Shown here: positions 59,775 to 64,000 of the stretch, piece by piece
Numbering within the stretch: position 1 is the stretch's first letter
How the letters are laid out: each line of letters begins with the position of its first letter
Source of the DNA: Antedon mediterranea
Lineage: Eukaryota; Animalia; Echinodermata
Assembly: GCF_964355755.1 (NCBI RefSeq)
Contig: NC_092672.1
Span: 37,516,437 to 37,580,436, forward strand
Reading direction: 5' to 3'
Length of the DNA: 64,000 nt
Translations under genes and position numbers: made by a program
The notes under the pieces: generated by a model
What the model saw: only the letters and a program-made list of their open reading frames with translations
What the model was told of the DNA's origin: nothing
Databases searched by the model: none

Positions 59775-59960
59775 TGAATGATGCGCGCGCAGCTTTGTTC
59801 TAATGTCGTGACGTAAGATAAGGATGCTCATTTAGTAGGTAGTTATTGAAGAGAAAAGTAGAGCGTCGCGCGCACATATTTACCGCCACAACTCACATCA
59901 TTCGGGATTACTTCAGGTGCGAGATTTAGCTAGCGGACGATCGCTGTCTTTTGTCAACAA
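59775..59960 (+). promoter_or_regulatory. CpG-rich putative promoter of the downstream + strand gene
   Basis: GCGCGCGC, GTGACGTA (CRE-like) and GTCGCGCGC motifs sit in a locally GC-rich island 200-400 bp upstream of the ATG at 60168. Confidence 0.35.
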
Positions 59961-60167
59961 GAAATTAAAGAAACAAGTGTGGAATAATGCATTAGTTTGC
60001 CGCTCAAACGCATTATTTTAATTAACCTATTACCGGCTGCTTATATTCGATTGATTCAAATCATTGTTGTAAAGATCTATTTACATTGGAAATTGTATAC
60101 CGTAATTCTTGGACGCAAAAGTCTAAATTCATGTCACACGCGACGACTTTACACGCACACACGCACA

Positions 60168-60309
60168 ATGAGGAGACGGGCTTCCAGAAAACGCGCGAAA
60201 AGTGATTCTAAGTTGGCGGGAGCTGCGAATATTGTGCGCAATTTATTCTTGTTATCACAAGTGTTTCAAGTCTTCCTCTGTGCGGTCATTGGGCTACTTC
60301 AATTTCAAG
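60168..60309 (+). CDS. Probable first coding exon (signal peptide or signal anchor) of a gene continuing beyond the window
   Basis: Start context ACAATGA. MRRRASRKRAKSDSKLAGAANIVRNLFLLSQVFQVFLCAVIGLLQFQ(G) has a basic n-region then a hydrophobic stretch, and ends at a phase-1 donor AG|GTAAAA. A CpG-rich segment precedes it. No downstream exon was identified. Confidence 0.5.
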
Positions 60310-61565
60310 GTAAAACATTTATTTATATTTCTACAAACAAAATAGTATTATCAGGAAAGAGTCATGCACTTTTATATACGTATATTACATACGAAGTAGT
60401 TATTTCAATACTAATACTGATGATGCAGTGATGTATGATTATTACTATGTTTATTTAAAACATTAATCTCTTCCCTAGTCAAACTAAACGAAAAAAAAAT
60501 GTGTTTTAATTTATGTTTTCATTTTTATGGTTTCATCAGTATAAAAACCTCATACAAAGTACAGCAAATGATGAAATTATTCATACAAGTTAATATAAAT
60601 TATAATAAATATATCTATAAGACTCCTACAGTATTTATTTATATATTCTAACTTCTTCACTAAAATTACTCTTTAATTGTTATAAACTTGTTTATACTTT
60701 TAGGCCTAATAATTTAATGCTGAAACAAATATAAAATGTAATTTACTGGTGGAATGAGGGAATAGCCTAAGTATGAATGAACGTATTATTGATTTGTGTT
60801 TATTGATATACTTGACCGTGACCTTGTTTTTACCCTAGCTGATGATGTAAGACCTACTTATTAATTGATAGTTAATAAATGTATTGAGTTTTAATTTAAA
60901 ATGAATTATACAATTCTCGTCATACTAGGCTGCAAACCCCTTTGGAAACAAGTCTTTGGGCGTAAAGGGTTATCCCCTGTGCGTTCTATGTTTAATTTCT
61001 CAAGTTTATTGTTTGTATTATTCTTCTTATTTATATATTATGCTGTTTTATAAATTGCACTTGGAAAGCAATAAATATTACTTACTTACAGACTGTACAT
61101 AGAGAGTATAAATAGAAAAGGTATACTCAGATAAGTATTTTAGCCTATTTCTCCAATGAGTATGAAATATAAAGAAATTAGGGTTGTTCGTGATTGGCTA
61201 GAAGTTGCGCGTAATTTAATTAACATAAAACCGCGCGTGTATGGCGTCAAACCACTCAATGATCAACATATAAAGAGTAGTTCTTCCTTTATTATTTCGT
61301 TATACAACACTGGTTGGTATTGGTATTGGTATTTTAATGAATAGGATCGGGTTCGTCTACAATTTCACATAATTAATTCCATAAGTAGTACGTCTCCTAC
61401 TGTATATATACGAACTAGGTATTGTAGTAATGTTCTTTTATGATTAATGTTAATAACTGTTTAATCTCTAAAGATGTCTTACAAACCATTTAAAAAACAG
61501 ATTGTCTTGAACAATGCACACTACCATATGTCTCACGGGACAGAGAATTTACTCCGAATGATCTA

Positions 61566-61707
61566 AGGCTTTGTCCACAATATCAAGTTGTATGTGAAAA
61601 ATAAATGTGATGTGCAAATATGGACATGATGATATCATAACACTACCATATTTGGGCACATTACATTTTTTTTGTCAAACTAGTTTTATAATATGTCGAC
61701 AGAGCTT
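61566..61707. mobile_element. MITE family B, diverged
   Basis: AGGCTTTGTCCACAATATCAA...GACAGAGCTTAA with conserved interior. Confidence 0.75.
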
Positions 61708-61956
61708 AATGCCCGCATTAACTACTGTTTCAATACATTGTACATACGAGATATTTCAGTTTATAATAGAATAATTATGTTTTTGTCATTATAAAACATA
61801 TGTTATTTTAATGTACATTTATTGGTTCGCATGTTAAATACGAGATATCTAAACATAATATTTATCACCCCTGATATTTGGAAAACAAGTCAATTAAATT
61901 TAAAACAATGGTTATCATTTATTCTTTAACACTCTATGTAAATTCATTATTGATAG

Positions 61957-61960
61957 GCCT

Positions 61961-62017
<57 letters not shown>

Positions 62018-62093
62018 CCGATGCCTATGCCCATGCCCATGCCTATGCCTATGCCTATGCCTATGCCTATACCTATGCCTATGCCTATGCCTA
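61957..62093. repeat. Hexamer microsatellite (ATGCCC/ATGCCT)n
   Basis: About 22 units, lying between two diverged direct repeats of about 120 bp (roughly 61833-61960 and 62113-62248). Confidence 0.95.
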
Positions 62094-62799
62094 CACAAAT
62101 CAAATCAAAATTAGTTAAATACGAGATATTTAAAAATATTTATCACTTCCAAATATCAAATGGACCCCTTTGGAAAACAAATCAATTAAATTTACTAAAT
62201 AACATTAGTTTTCATTTATTCGTTAACATTATGTGTTGATAGGTCCTATTTTTTATGTATATTGATATAGTCAAATCAAATCAAATCAACATGATAATTG
62301 CCTTACTATGAATATTTCTGAACCTGGTATTCATAAATCAGAATGCTACACTCTAACAATTCCCTGTTGAATACAAATCAATTTTGAAAATAACATCGTA
62401 ATTAATTATCTGCAAAGATATTGTTAAATCCCAATGGGAGGCAATTTCACAACTTGTTTTAATTAACAACTTTCACAGTAGTAGACAGTAGCAATGCCGC
62501 TGGGTCGATTCTCTCCTGTCGATAAATGTTGTCTTGTTGAGTGATCGCGTTCGCGTTCGTTACGCCACGAATTCATTATTTTGAGAGAAGTGCACCATTT
62601 TACGTAAAGTAATTCACTTCTTAAACTGTGTTGTAATAAGATTAATAATCAGTATTGATTGTACTTGATACAACAATGGATTTATTAAGTTAACGGCTCT
62701 CAGTAGAAATAGTAACTATTTAAAAGCGTTAGATCTTAAAATATTCATCTTTGTTGGAATGTCATGTCATCTTCTTTGCACTCGACAAGATACTTTGAT

Positions 62800-63053
62800 C
62801 AAATAACTTGAATGGCAACAAAAAATCATTTATTGTCCTTATGGATCATGACGTGATTGGATTGTGAAAGATATTTGTTTTCAAAGGCACAGTAAATGGT
62901 TATCCTATAGTTCTAGAATGAAAAGGTTTCTAATTTCTCTTGTTTTATATAAGAAAATGTATCTTTTTGTCTATCGATTGAGCGATTGTGCCTGTCATGA
63001 ATTTTCCGCAAGGACCAAATAAATCCGTATCGTCCTAGTTTAAATGGGCCTTA
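62800..63053. mobile_element. Partial family C MITE
   Basis: ATCATGACGTGATTGGATTG...CTATAGTTCTAGAATGAAA...ATCGTCCTAGTTTAAATGGGCCTTAA matches the right half of 38882-39325. Confidence 0.7.
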
Positions 63054-63799
63054 ATCGAAACGATCCCTCTTTTTCAATAATATAATTTGTCAATAATATT
63101 AAATGTCAATTATAAACCTCAAAACTGTGTCGATAAAATTCATATTTAGTAAGGACTACTTACGTGTTTGTGTCGAACAGAGGTATTATACACGTAAACT
63201 CAATTTGAACGGAAGTCGGAAATATCTCCCGAAAAAATTGTCAATGCTACAAATCAATAACGCATCGTGTAAACAGACACGAAGCAGAGTAACTTCTATT
63301 CACACTATCGATACTACACTGTATTTTTAACGGCATATTTCTATGCACTTTTGTTTGTACACGCTAATCAAACACACAACACGTCTCTCGTGTAAACACA
63401 AAGGTATTTGCTCGTTCGATTGAAATTTGTCATTAACCACAGATTCGATTCAATTGTTCGGTGTTGTTTGATCCAATTATTTTTTTATTTAAAAACAAGC
63501 TTGGGTTTTAAACCAAATACTCTGTATTTATCCAATTGACTGTAATCTGTTAACTATATAGATTTGTCAAGTGGCTTAATACTACTGGAGTGGCTTCTGT
63601 TATTGTTATGACAATTCAATTCAAAATCTCCTGATAAATAAAATGTCTGTTTGCAACATGCTCTTCGTAGCGTTCCATACCACTTTTATATCCGCATTTG
63701 GATAATCAGTTATGCTTATTCTATATTTAACTGATTTAAAACAGGATTTCGATATTAAATCTCATTTTATGTTTCCTTTTTTTGTCGTTGAGCGGAATA

Positions 63800-64000
63800 A
63801 ACGCCAATTTGCACAGACGATCAGTAACGGTAATAAAAATACTATGGTATTCCTTATGCCCATACACACAACGCGGAGCGGACGGGCGGTTCCGCTCACG
63901 ATACGGATTCTACGTGGGACAAGCTACGCGGTTCCGCTCACGATACAGATTCTACGTGGGACAAGCTACGCGGTTCCGCTCACGATACGGATTCTACGTG
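63800..64000. mobile_element. MITE terminus followed by a 42-bp internal tandem repeat running off the window
   Basis: GCCAATTTGCACAGACGATCAGTAACGGTAATA resembles the TIR of the element at 52275-52410. The unit GCGGTTCCGCTCACGATAC(G/A)GATTCTACGTGGGACAAGCTAC starts at 63886. Confidence 0.75.

Noticed and set aside
61878-62239. Poly-CP, poly-MP and poly-GM/GI ORFs (metallothionein-like appearance)
   Set aside because: These are translations of an (ATGCCY)n microsatellite.

Overview
AT-rich animal genomic DNA with GT-AG introns and no prokaryotic features. An invertebrate deuterostome such as an echinoderm is plausible, but that is inference only. Exons were reconstructed by hand from splice sites and reading phase. 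The genes are: the last four coding exons of an RPUSD4-like pseudouridine synthase (+, 89-1051); a complete 15-exon LIM kinase (-, 26283-3381); a complete 13-exon SGLT-type SLC5A transporter (-, 49552-35718); two tandem paralogous three-exon secreted PAN/apple-domain genes nested antisense in one SLC5A intron; a 162-aa uncharacterised gene with DUF1499-like motifs (-, 53618-50987); and the first coding exon of a further gene (+, 60168). Non-coding DNA holds many MITEs, tRNA-derived SINE remnants, retroposon 3' ends and minisatellites, including a 4.5-kb 47-bp array interrupted by a retroposon. Best leads: two unannotated phase-compatible alternative first exons of LIMK (one hydrophobic and LIMK2b-like, one giving a kinase-only form with a CC motif), and the nested PAN pair with a homogenised exon 1 and divergent tails ending C-x-L-G-R-stop. 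No database searches were run, and all homology calls are from recalled family motifs.
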